Assembly (NCBI RefSeq): GCF_001186125.1
Contig: NW_014040430.1
Location: 96,406-141,705, forward strand
DNA length: 45,300 bases
Direction: 5' to 3'
Source of the DNA: Sphaeroforma arctica JP610
Taxonomy: Eukaryota
A model generated the notes under the pieces. It did no database searches and had not been told where the DNA came from. It saw only the letters and a program-made list of their open reading frames with translations. Of this stretch, positions 1-12,172 are shown piece after piece (position 1 is the stretch's first letter; the number at the start of each line of letters is the position of its first letter). Both the position numbers and the translations under genes were made by a program.

Positions 1-421
1 ATATATATATATATATATATATATTATACTGAAAACTTTTATGATTGTATGCGAAAGGTAGCTATAAAGGTATCGGATTTAAGAAAAACTTTCTGTGCGC
101 GAGTTTATAGCGATTCACTTGCATGTCATAGTACTAGGGCATTGGAAGGAGGGCTGTGCCGTTGTGCGATTTACTGTGGCTGGAGTATAATATGTGGCAT
201 TTGTACGTCATTTTTCACAACCATCAGGGTCGTTGTGACATCAGGGTTTCATTGTGATGCATGATGGTGCGCCCGTTGATTAAAGCGACAAGCTCACAAC
301 TTCTGATGTGTTCTATGGCGGTCTATGCGGATAACTATAGCAGCGTTTCACTCTCACCCCACCCATGTTCACGGCGTAACACCGATCGCACACTTTGACT
401 GAAACTCCTGAAACACTGCAG

Positions 422-3400
422 GTGTATTCGAAAGGCGTGTTTTCGGAGGAGCGGGTGCCGTAGTCGGAGATGTGGGTACCCTAACGCATAGAGGCGATAT
501 GAAGGAGGTGGAAGCAATCTCATTGGTCGAGGCTATCCAATTGAACAGGGATATGCTCAAGGAAATATTTACAAACCCAGAGTTCCACGATTGCGAGGTG
601 AGTGCAGGTTGAGACTTTTGTTCAGATGTGGCGCAGATCGGTTATACGTATGACTGGCGACGACATTTGTACTGGCGTGGTAGTACACACTTGCAATTGG
701 TCCGCAGACGACGTGTTAACTACACACACGTCTTCTTTGCACGGAGGGCATTGAGTTGGTTGTTGTCTTTGCCTCCAGCGCAAATCGTAGACAGTTGAAG
801 GGTCGTTGTAGATGTGCACGTGGTGTCTTGGCCTTACACATCTCAATTGTTTCAGTAGCGTATTTCTATCACTGGGTGTAGGTAAAGGTGTGCATAATTG
901 GTCCAAGACTTGCATGTAATGTAACATACGGAGGCAAAGAGACGTTGCTTATCATGTCGAACATTCTTTTATGTTATTCGGTAGGTGGCGATATGGAGAT
1001 CCGTTGCAACGAAAACCGTCAATCATCATCTGAGAAGGTGTGTCTCACAAAGAGTTTTATTACCTACATGCCGGTCGCCCATGTACTCTCAATCAGATGC
1101 ACATTGTTTAAGTGGATGTTAAGTTGACTGGCGGTGTTTATCTCAATTGCTACGTAGTGGGGTGAGTGGTAGCCAAGTATCTCCTTTCATTGCTTAGGAA
1201 TAGGTATGATCTACATCTTTGGTTCATTTGTTATGTCACATTGTTTAGATGGATGTTAAGTTGACTGGCGGTGTTTATCTCATTTGATACGTAGTGGGCT
1301 GAGTGGTAATCAAGTATCTCCTTTCACTGCTTAGGATTAGGTATGATCTACATCTATGGTTCATTTGTTATGTGCGCAACCACGTTAACCTCTAACTAAA
1401 TCATCGTACACAGGGCGCTCCAAGATGTGATAGACGTAGAGGAAGTACGAGAGTGTATAAACGTATCCAACATCATAAAGGGATCAGCGGTAAGTTGCAC
1501 CTACCGCAAACAATCAGATATTGCCTCACCACCTTAATGTCAGTATGGTTAGCTCAACAATGATAGTATGGTTCGCTTGATGTCTGCAGCAGGGACTCTA
1601 GTTATATATCGTCATACAGCCACCCTACCGTACGAACACGACCACCTCGTGTTAAATTCGGATACAAAGCACGTAGCTACCATACCTTGATCACTATTCT
1701 CCCAAGAGCAACATTCTATGCAGCCCTCCTGCAAACGTTCTTTATACTGTAGAAGCGCGGTCGCTGGAGATCAGGAACGAGAACTCTGGCACCGAAAATG
1801 TACTTTTACAATCATACAATGCAATATTGTATATATAATGTCGCAACTGCAAAGTTATGTGCAATCAATACACCCGTTCATTTCCTAAGTATTTCGTATG
1901 ATATTTTTTAAAGGAACACGTATGAAACTACTCCAAGAACTGAGTTGTGACCTGTCCTATGTACCCGATGATTACCTCTACTATGTCGAGGGATTGAAAG
2001 TGATTTCACTCCAGGAACTGCGCAAAGAACCGCTCTATCTTTATATATGCACAAAATTAGTTATATATGCACAATTCCTATGCACAATTCTCTCTATATA
2101 TGCACAAAAATTTGTTGAGACATTGTGAATGAAGTTATCCCATGAACTGCGTGAGTTAGTTGCCTGTTCACTCTCCGTACGCCTCTCGACACTATAGTTG
2201 CTGTGTGAATATGACTAATATTTATTAATCAATTGCGTACAGCGCATTCGTTCATTGTACACCTCGCTGTGCTATGTATGAAAATATAATTGAAATACTA
2301 ACCTATCTACTCACTGTACCCTCCTTCACTATTTTGTAGGCGAATGTGAATGAGATCTTCCCAATGAATTGCGGGTCTGAGAATGTTCTGCTGCTCCGAG
2401 GCCATGCAACCATCCGTGTAGTGCCTGATGGTGAGACTTTTTTGTCCGATTCATTTATCAGTTCATAATCCCTAACTACATTATATATATATATACTTTA
2501 AATACACACACACACACACACACACAACAAATGTATGTATGTATGTATGTATGTATGTATGTATGTATGTATGTATNNNNNNNNNNNNNNNNNNNNNNNN
2601 NNNNNNNNNTGTATATGCGTGCATAAATTTCGATCGTGTTTGACTATTTACGTACATGTTACCAATTGCCTGCCACAATATGTTATAAAGCCATCTTGCA
2701 GATTCGAAGGCAACGTTCCCTATCCAATACAAAACATGTCTATGTAGGAATGCTTTCAATTCACAGGAGGTGATGTTTCGATGTAGTTTAATTCTGCAAG
2801 TCATATGGAAAAGTCTTACCAATTGTGTTCACACTTGAATATGGACATATACACATCCGCCGCTTCACCTACTTGTTCATACTTATCACGCGTCTGTGCC
2901 ACGTTTTCCATGTACACTAGTATGCACCCTCACTCACACCCACACTCACATTCACGCTCGGGATCACCTTTGAATGAACACACACGTACATAGACACACA
3001 CCAGGTTTTCTATCTTACATTGTAGTCTGTATCTTAACCCTTCGATGGTCTTTACACACAAACAGCCGAAGAAGATTCCGACGAGGAGGATGATCCCAGA
3101 AGAAATATAATCGAATCAGGTGGTGTTGAAGCCGTTGGCGCCGGGCTGCACAAGGTAGCGGAGTCTTTGCGTTGCTTGTACGCGATCGTATAGATAGGGA
3201 TGTCCATATACTTGGGCGTATGTGGTATAGATATGGATGCCCATATACTTGTGCGTATGTGCATGTGTGCCTTTTTTGTGTAAATTATTCTGGAGAACGA
3301 GCGGATATTGACGGGATGAAAAGGTTTATGTATAGATTTTCCACCTTGTCATGTACTTCCATTGTGTGCTGTTTGTATTTCCACATGTGAGGTCCTATTC

Positions 3401-5756
3401 TGCTGTCACACAAAGTACACAAACCCGCATGTTAGCGACAGTCACCCCTCAGTGGGCAGTCGACGACATTCCTACGCACCCATCTAATTGCCTGACAAAT
3501 GGTATTTCGAGTGTTACAAATACCATTTTTTTCTGATGTAGTTGACTGCGTGGTCGTTACTTGCAGGTGGTGGCTCCGAATATGATCTTCGAACACACAA
3601 TGATTGCGTTCATCTCGGCAGACGCCATTCTGATGCCACTAGAAGCAACGGAGAAGAACACGGTTAAGCATCGTCTGCTACGTGTATGTCTATCCGCGGT
3701 TGCGTACATCAAGTGCCTGCACGTGTTCAAAAGTACTCTTCTCGTTGAGATGTAAGGCGCAAGCGTGTGCCGACCATCTACGAGAATCCGTAGAGTCAAG
3801 TAGAGATCAACACCCACCCTAATTTGTTCGGACTATATCAGCATCGACTTTTTTCGGTACACAAAGTACACTCTAAATATGTTATCGCTACGGAGGTTCG
3901 TCTCGGGATAGTTATCGGGACGGTTTCCAAGTACGCTTCACCCCACATCAACAATGCAGCTAGCTAGTCGACTCGTCGCACAGACTCAATTCTCTAAAAG
4001 TGGCAGACGTACTACCCATGGCATAGAGTTCTCTAACATGTTTCTACGAACACCGCGTGTACACAGATGGCTACTCATGATATGCGTGCCAGGCCTACCA
4101 TCACGGCCGAGAAGAGGGCGTCTGTTGCCGGACGCAAGTCACTTGCTCGCTCCCGCACGCAGATGGGCTACGCAGCACGCGCCAGTGAGCCGTTCTTCCC
4201 TGGCGGTATGTAGACTTGTGATCTAGATGCTCTATGTGATCTAGATGCTGTATTTTGTGCATTGTTAGGGTATGTGATGGATTTATGTTAAGTAGATGCA
4301 CCTTGACGGAGGCGTACATATGCATATGCATGCCTATCTGTTCATCTAGACTGTTTGTACGTGTGTGGCCGGGTTGCGTCTCGGTTGAAGTTGCCTGCCG
4401 ATGTGCCTATTAGTGGATACAGCATTCGGTCTGTCACACCTTGGCTCCGGGCGAAATTAAATTATTCGTACACTGGGCGGCCTATCTGCTGATCTATTGT
4501 CGGTCAGCCGTCCCAGGTAGGCTGTACTGAGTGTCTGCAGCTCCTTTTGTGGTCCTGTGTCTGCAAAGCGCGCGGGGTTTACTATGATACGATGAATGGG
4601 TTTGCATGGCTAGACAATGGTGCGTCCGTTCCGTGTCTTGGCGTCTTCCCTGATATGGGAAACGTCTTTCTCCTGCACTCTTATGTATATACTGTCCGTT
4701 AGCTTGCGGATTGTTTCGGGTGTAGCTCGCGGTCTTTTCGCCGCTATATACCAGTATGATCACCGTATATTCATACATACGGTTGGATACACACGGCTCA
4801 TTTCGTACCAGCTTATGTCGCCTACATTCTATCCACACACACAGGTGGAGGCCAATCGAGCGCTGAACTCCGACCAAGACATTCTGTAGCTACAGGCTCC
4901 AGACCGAGCATGCATGCACGCGCGTCTATGAATAGCACGCGAGAGTCGGCGTCTAAAACACCGGGTGGCGGGCCATCGCTAGTGCGCATGCGATCACAGA
5001 GCTCGGGGGCACATGGAAAGGGAAAGAAACGGAATCAACTGGGGCCTCGAACGTCGCTGTCAACGTATGTGACTTTTCATAGTAAGCATATATGGTTGGA
5101 GAATGTTTAAGAACGTCGCTGTCAAAGTATGTGACTTTTCATTGCAAGCATAGATGGTAGGCGGGTGTTTAAGCAGAGAGATAAAGGTGAAGGGGCTGAC
5201 CCATCATGAGCATGCAGGCTACCCATTGATCGTGATCTGCAAGCAATCAGGTCCGCGCACACCTTTAGCTTAGTGTTTATGGCAGTATACTTCGAGTGAT
5301 GTATGGAAGTTGGAGTATTTCTTGTATTGGGTTTGGACTGTAGCAGATGTGCTATGCTTAGCTACGTGAAGCATTTACATAGTCCGTCTACAAGAGTTGG
5401 AGAATATCGGTATTATCTTCTTTTAGGCTGGAATGCAGTGATATCGTATTCGAATCACTTGCGAAATACATAATTTGTTTATATCTTTAGCGTGTACAGC
5501 CACAATCGTCGATGTCAAATGTGAAACGCAAGCCGCATTGTCATACGTTCTCGGCCGAATGCGATACAGATAGATAGCTGTACATTCTGAATGCGATACA
5601 GATAGATAGTGGGCATAAGCTGCGTACTAATGAGATCTTCTCGTTCATTGCCCAACATTCCGCAGTCCCAACGGGCCCAATGTGGTGCGAAGGCAGGTCA
5701 CATTCACACCCGAAACGGCGGAAGATAAAACCAACGCAAAGAGTCCGGATGAGTAG
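422..5756 (+). CDS. 3' part (9 exons) of a CNBD-like-domain protein, probable SLC9C/SOS1-type Na+/H+ exchanger; 5' part lies upstream of the window
   Basis: Phase-compatible GT-AG exons 422-597, 985-1037, 1414-1489, 2340-2430, 3066-3154, 3567-3683, 4067-4205, 4845-5064, 5666-5756 (TAG) splice into one open frame: ..GAVVGDVGTLTHRGDMKEVEAISLVEAIQLNRDMLKEIFTNPEFHDCEVAIWRSVATKTVNHHLRR..ENVLLLRGHA..VVAPNMI..SPDE*. Motif order matches my recollection of SLC9C1 tails (GxxxGExGVLT..ExRLWRxVA..EDVILIxG..xPCLI). Family call is from memory, not from a search. Confidence 0.65.
1100..1373. repeat. Intronic tandem duplication, 2 x 137 bp
   Basis: cacattgttta..ggttcatttgttatgt occurs at 1100-1236 and 1237-1373 with few mismatches. 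Confidence 0.9.
2481..2609. repeat. (TA)n/(CA)n/(TATG)n microsatellite followed by an assembly gap
   Basis: Directly visible; N run at 2577-2609. Confidence 0.95.
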
Positions 5757-7874
5757 TCGTGTGTCTGTACTACCGACTGGGGTGGATATGATCTACGAGC
5801 TACTTGTGACTACCCGAGAATGTGACGCGTGGGCCGGGTAATATAAGGACGATCTTAGGTTGTTTTGCGTTCACCAGTTCCGATCCTGCCATGCCACGTT
5901 CGGAGCTGTAGTCCATCATAGCGCGTACGAGAACTTTTATGCGAGATTGCACTGACCATTTGCATGTATCTAATTGGTATACAAATGTATGTCTCCTATG
6001 CAAGTTTGCACTCACATATCTGATTGAATCTCTGTGAGATCCAGATATGAAACAGAAAAGTAATAGTCCAGTGCGACACATCATTAAGAAACAGGCCTAC
6101 GCTATCGCAATTGAAAATCCCATCAAAGTGCAAACAACAGACATTGCAATTTAATCTGCATTTTTTATTGTAAAATTATAGTCGAATAGACGGCGCAAAG
6201 AACCCACAAAAGCAGGCACAAGTCACGGATGAACATGTGAAGTTTTTTTTGACAATCATGGCGCCATCGCTCGTGACACAGTACAGTTTGACCCTAATAG
6301 CTGGGCAACGTTCCACGACAAGGATACTTATTGCTTCTGAACGCTGTCCATTTTATGTACTAGCAAGCTAAATTCACGGAACGCTGCTAAGGTACTCAAA
6401 TAGAGCTGATTGTATTATCATGGCAATTGTCCAACAAAGTTGGTTTTGCTTCGGAAGATCCATTTATTTTAACTACTCGAGCACGAATAGTACTATGGTT
6501 TAAGCATTCATCTCTCCTTAGGCTCGGCATTTCTTCTTTTAAGCTTTTAGCATTGGCTAAAACTATGTAGATAATTATTGTCATTCCATGTGTATTAGTT
6601 TAGTACCTATATTGGCATCAGGGAATCGCGAATTCTGTGGGTAACTGAAACAAATATAAGCCACAATTTTTGGCAGCATGTAGACCAGGTACAGGTTTGA
6701 TGGGTGATTCATATCTACACCCTACCGCGCCCAAAGCTATCTACACACAAGGGTGCGTTAAAACCGTGTACACAGGAGTTACTATAGCTCGCCAACTGGG
6801 ACAGTTTGGTTAGCAACTCTGTGATTCTACCGATATCGATTAGGAGCGCGTCTCTCAGTATAGACGCATGCGACCGAACTGCGATTCCAATACATGATTG
6901 CACCCAATGACGGAAGTCTCTGCTCGAAATAACGAAAACGCTGTATCTAGTCAACGCCAACGGTAGATATATGATACAAACAATCCCATTTGGCACAGTC
7001 TCGCTGATGACGCAGTTCCAGACACCAGGAGATGTTCATTGCACAAATTACGTGTTCCGATAGCATTATTCCGCACCACAGGCATGCACCTGGGAGACAA
7101 TGGCTGGCTTGAGTGTTTTTAGTATATGAAGTATAGATAGAAGGATATCTCGCTTTTATACTGCTATCGCCGACTGTCATCGGTCTAGAAATTAAAAGTA
7201 TGGATCCATCATGCAGGATACAAAGTATCAACCACAACTCCGGGGTCCGAACCATCTATACTAGAATATGTATGTAATGTTACTATGTAATGAGCTGTCA
7301 CAAGTATAAACTGCCAAGCAAGTAATATGACCTGTGTACATGATCTATGTGAATAAAAAGGCGGACCTCAGCATACAGTGACGGCGTGTCGGGCTGTCGG
7401 CTACGCCTACCACAGTCCACACTGCTGTCTGCCCGCCACTGCCAGCTACTACCCTGGAGGTGAGACTTCATCGCTTCGGACTTCAGTCTTAATAATAAGT
7501 CTTCAGTCTTCAAGCTTCAGACTTGTGAGAGTCTGAGGCTCTTATTAGCCTCATTGAGGTTTCACTGTTTGTGTTTCAGTCTTTCAGAAGATCTGAGGGC
7601 CTGGCCCTGAGCCCTGCGGCCACCGGCCATAGCCTCCGGCCGACCGGCCCATAGGCCATAGGACATAGGCCCATATCTCAATCTTTTATCTCATATGTAG
7701 AGGAGAGCTCAACACGGTACGATATGTTCACATAAGGACAACGTAAAGACGAATATTTATAAAGGATAAACGTTATAATGTTTTGGGGGTCAAATATAGT
7801 GAAATTTTAAAAATTGCACCTGCCATGTGCACCTATTTCAAACGAAACGGACCATTTAGCTTAAATTCACTGTC

Positions 7875-8158
7875 ACTGCTGGTGGCTATTTCTGGCGCCA
7901 AAATTTAAGAACACAATCGGATCATGGTATGACCTCATGAATGTACCCAGTTATATGGGAGATAGACTATATGGTAAATAAAAGTTTAACGTAAATCGAT
8001 ATTTATGTTATTATTAACTGCTGGTGGCTATTTCTGGCGCCAAAATTTAAGAACACAATCGGATCATGGTATGACCTCATGAATGTACCTAGTTATATGG
8101 GAGATAGACTATATGGTAAATAAAAGTTTAACGTAAATCGATATTTATGTTATTATTA
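7875..8158. repeat. Near-perfect tandem duplication, 2 x 142 bp
   Basis: actgctggtggctatttctggcgcc..atttatgttattatta starts at 7875 and 8017; I see one mismatch (tacccag/tacctag). Confidence 0.95.
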
Positions 8159-8424
8159 TAAACGTTATATCGGATAACGTTTTTAGCATAGATGTAGAGT
8201 CATATGATATCTAAATAGTACATATCTATATTCTATCAACCTCACTGACCTCACTCCGAGTCCTCAACTCCTCATTCACTCCTCTCAGGACCCTATGTAT
8301 GCACTTAAATGCAGGCTATCCTAACTTCCTAAGGCTCGGGTAACCAGCCAGTCCCAGTCTCCCAGAGTCCCAGGGGCCTGACTCCTGAGGGCTGGGGAGG
8401 ACTGAGCGCCTGTTCAACATATAT

Positions 8425-9067
8425 CACCAGTCTCTTTTTAACTCGGATACTATCCGGATTTCAAATTTTTGGCCCAAAAACAAAAAAGTGGAATCCGGAT
8501 GCTATCCGAGTTACAAGGGGTATATTATAAACCAACCGATTGCTATATTAATAAATAGAATATCCAAGAAACAAACGAACGCTATTTGTAGAGAATAGAA
8601 AACTGACTATAGGCCCTGAAGACAATTTTTCGATGGCATGAATACTTTTTGTTTTATGTCCGTAGTAAACGTAGACTATGTTGTATCATGATTAGTGCTA
8701 TTTACATACACAAATACACACCAGCATGAGTGATAGGGGACGCGAAATAAAATAAATAAAAATCTCAAACTCAGATTGGATACATATTAAACATTTCAAC
8801 CCCATTTCTGATGGATAATTTCCTAAAATTAATTTTAAGTTGTATCCCTGACCTGAAATAAAATCAGATTCCAAAATTAGAACCAATGAATTTACAGATA
8901 TACGAATTTGATTTGGTATTTTCATAAGTCAGATACTATCCGACTTATAGGTGCTAATTAAAATTTGTACTGAGTTTGGCTTACTTTCAAAATTTATAAA
9001 GTTAGTATGATTTGTACTGAAAATTACGTAAGTCGGATACTATCCGAGATAGCAAAAGGGACTGGTG
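8425..9067. mobile_element. Non-autonomous TIR DNA transposon (MITE-like), CAC..GTG termini, ATAT flanks
   Basis: Left end atat|caccagtctctttttaactcggatactatccg; right end reverse-complemented atat|caccagtcccttttgctatctcggatagtatccg. ATAT at 8421-8424 and 9068-9071. AT-rich interior with no recognisable ORF and extra copies of the cggatactatccg motif. Confidence 0.75.
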
Positions 9068-9931
9068 ATATTTGACGAAAAATTTACACGCCCTCTCGAT
9101 TTTAGCCTTTTTAGGGTCTCGTCGTCAGTGGAAACATGACCCTCTCAGTCTCAGAGAGGAGAGAGAGATGAAAAATATAAATACCACAACAGTCAACAGA
9201 CTAAAAAGTCACCCAAATCCTGATTCCTGAAATTCAGAGGGCCGTGAAAATTGCCAAGAGTGGTAGTGCGATGTATGAGACTTTGAAAGTGTGCATAGTA
9301 ACGGGAATGCAACACGTTCAAAATTACGCACAAAAAAAACATATAAAATTCAAAGCTATACGGATAACATCATTGGCTCAGACAACAATCTGAAGTTCAA
9401 CAGTTGTCATCCGGAATTCCGGAATGTCTTGTGAATAGTATCCGAGTGGCGGTATGAGTCATAGACTCATAGCGCTATTTGAGTATCTTTATAAACTAAA
9501 ACTTTGTCAGAAAAAAAAAATGCCGAACAAACATAGTTCTTTTGTTTATTAAACTTTATTGCATTTAATGAAGGGACTCGACTCTCAAGAACTTGATATG
9601 TATGCAAATACATATGTATTTTTAAAATATGTAACATGTAGTGCTGTGTCGTATGTAGTGCTGTGGCAGCTGTGCAAATAATTCAGATTTGTCGATGTGA
9701 GTGAAGCAGAAAGCCTCTATTTAAACCTTCGAGAGTAATCCACCAATTTTGTGGGGCTTATGAGCAGTGAGTCATGTACACGATTGATTTTGCCTGCCGT
9801 TTACCTAGTTTGAAGTTAATTTCCAAATTTTTGAAGTCAATTTTTCGCCGGTTGCTATTTAAAAGCCTCCGGCAGCTGACCAGATCTACCAATACACAAA
9901 CAATACAGACAATTAGTATTCACATAAGTAG

Positions 9932-11580
9932 ATGTCACTTTCAAAATCTCTACGATCTCTTCCTGCTTCTACTAAGCAGGTCTACGACTATGTGGTTGTC
10001 GGTGGCGGAAGCGCCGGTTGTGTAATGGCCAATCGCCTCTCATCTAATCCCAAAGTACGAGTGGCTCTACTAGAGACAGGGTCAGACGATAACACACCGT
10101 TCATTCGCAACCCCAGTGCTTACTTCTGGACTGTTCCCCACGGTAGAAAGTATAATCACCGGTATTTTACTACACCTCAGAAGCATTGCAAAGGTAAAAT
10201 CATGTTTCAGCCCGTGGTCGTGGTATTGGTGGTTCCTCTGCCATCAATGCTACGGTATACATTCGCGGACTGAAATACGATTTCACGAACTTGTGGGCTG
10301 GGGAAGGTAAATGCCAAGGCTGGGAGTGGGAGAATGTGCTTCCTCTCTTTAAGCAGTTAAAATACAATGATTTACGAATGACCCATACCACGGCACTGAG
10401 GGACCTCTCAAGGTACGAACGCAGATACATATCGACCGGTACACTGAGCGCATTGTCAAAGCAGGCAATGAATTAGGATGGAAAACCAGCAATGGTTGCC
10501 TTTCTGACCCCAGAGGTCCGAGCTCGTCCAAATCTGGATGTTATTGTCGACGCTCATACCACAAAGGTACTCACAGACGGCAAACGTGCGACTGGAGTAC
10601 ATGCAGTGGTATCCGGCAGCGCAGATGCTGCCAACTCGGTAACATTCGAAGCAACGAATGATGTTGTCCTGTGCGGTGGCGCGTTTAACAGTCCACAGTT
10701 ACGTATGCTTTCAGGAATTGGCCCCAAGGAGCAGCTTAATAGGCACGGAATTGATGTAGTACATGAATTGCCTGGAGTGGGCCAGAATCTTCAGGATCAT
10801 GCCGACATCGCCGTGAATGCAAAAACTTCGAGAATAGGCATGCCGCTGCAAATCGGGCTCACCAACTTACAAAGTCAGATTAAGCACCTTTTCCTAGCTA
10901 TTTTTAAGAAAGAAGGGGCATTCGTGGGAGATAATGAATTTGTCGGCTCATTCTTCAAAAGCAAGCCTGGCATTCCCGCTAACGATATCCAAATGCATGT
11001 CGCACCCTTTTACTACAAAGATCATGGTGCCACTTTAAGATACGGTGGTGGTCTTACAGCCAAATCGTGCTATATGAGGCCCGAGTCTCGCGGCACGGTC
11101 GCTCTGAATTCGGTTAACCCAATGGAGGGGCCACTCATTGACCCCAATATTACGATGTGCCCGCCGACTTTGATCCCATGGTTGCTGCAGTACGAAAAAG
11201 CATCGAGTCGATTCAATCCAAGGCCCTAGCAGAAGATAACCTGGCGACCTGTGGATATGGCGACAAGGATGTTAACAACCTTACCGACAGCGACATCAAG
11301 GAGTTTCTGCGCGAGAATATCGAATCCATCTACCACCCAGTATCTACTTGGTAAAATGGGTCCATCATCAGACCCCATGGCAGTAGTGGATCACTCCAAT
11401 GGCCTTAAAGTACACGGCATGGAAGGACTAATGGTTATCGATGCCTCCGTAATGCCCACAGTGGTATCTGGAAACACCAATGCACCTACCACGGTAATAG
11501 CTCAGAAAGCTTACAATCAAATGGTTGGTGCAGATAGAGTCGTCGATGTCCCTGATGAACCATTGTCAGCTAGCCAATAG
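9932..11580 (+). pseudogene. Intronless GMC-family FAD oxidoreductase (choline/alcohol dehydrogenase-like), frameshifted
   Basis: YDYVVVGGGSAGCVMANRLS (Rossmann), [57 protein letters not shown]. Frame breaks near 10212, 10372, 10488, 11148 and 11350. Confidence 0.9.
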
Positions 11581-12172
11581 TAAGTCGTGATGACATGTCT
11601 TCGGTCTTTTTCAATCCACGTACATTGCTTTAAACATTACATATAACATAGACACAATTAAAATAAACACAGTTGATCTACGAATGAATCTCCATTACAG
11701 ATCTTTACAATTTAAGATATATGTATGAAGTTGTGTGCACAGAAGAGCCAACCTCATTTAATTTGATCGAGTGTCAATGTATACAAGCAAAAATACGTAA
11801 ATATGAGCATGAAAAATGAAAATGTGTATGTTAAGTACACACACACTATATATATATAGGCGATATAATATTTGCACCAAGTGGACCACAGCGCCGCTAT
11901 ATAATTCATATATTTAACACGTTTCCAATTCATATTGTAGTTCTCATCCACAATAGTTAGCGTTGTCAGTTACGCTGCGTTGTTATCACTATGTATGATC
12001 GCCTTGCGAATTTAAAACTTTATCGTTCCAGGACATGCTAATCTACCACAGCCGTGCTTCAATACCGACAGATACTTGAATAATCAAACCAAAGCATTTG
12101 TGTTGACGGAGACATGTCTCCTCGGCCAGATTTGTCACAGTGACCGCAAGCAACCCCAAGAAACGTCGAAGA

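Noticed and set aside
6396..7255. Overlapping minus-strand ORFs as a gene
   Set aside because: No recognisable motif or consistent splice pattern; might be a decayed gene but I cannot support it.
9932..11580. Programmed frameshifting or RNA editing to restore the GMC gene
   Set aside because: No slippery heptamer pattern, a conserved segment is missing, and decay or sequencing error is simpler.
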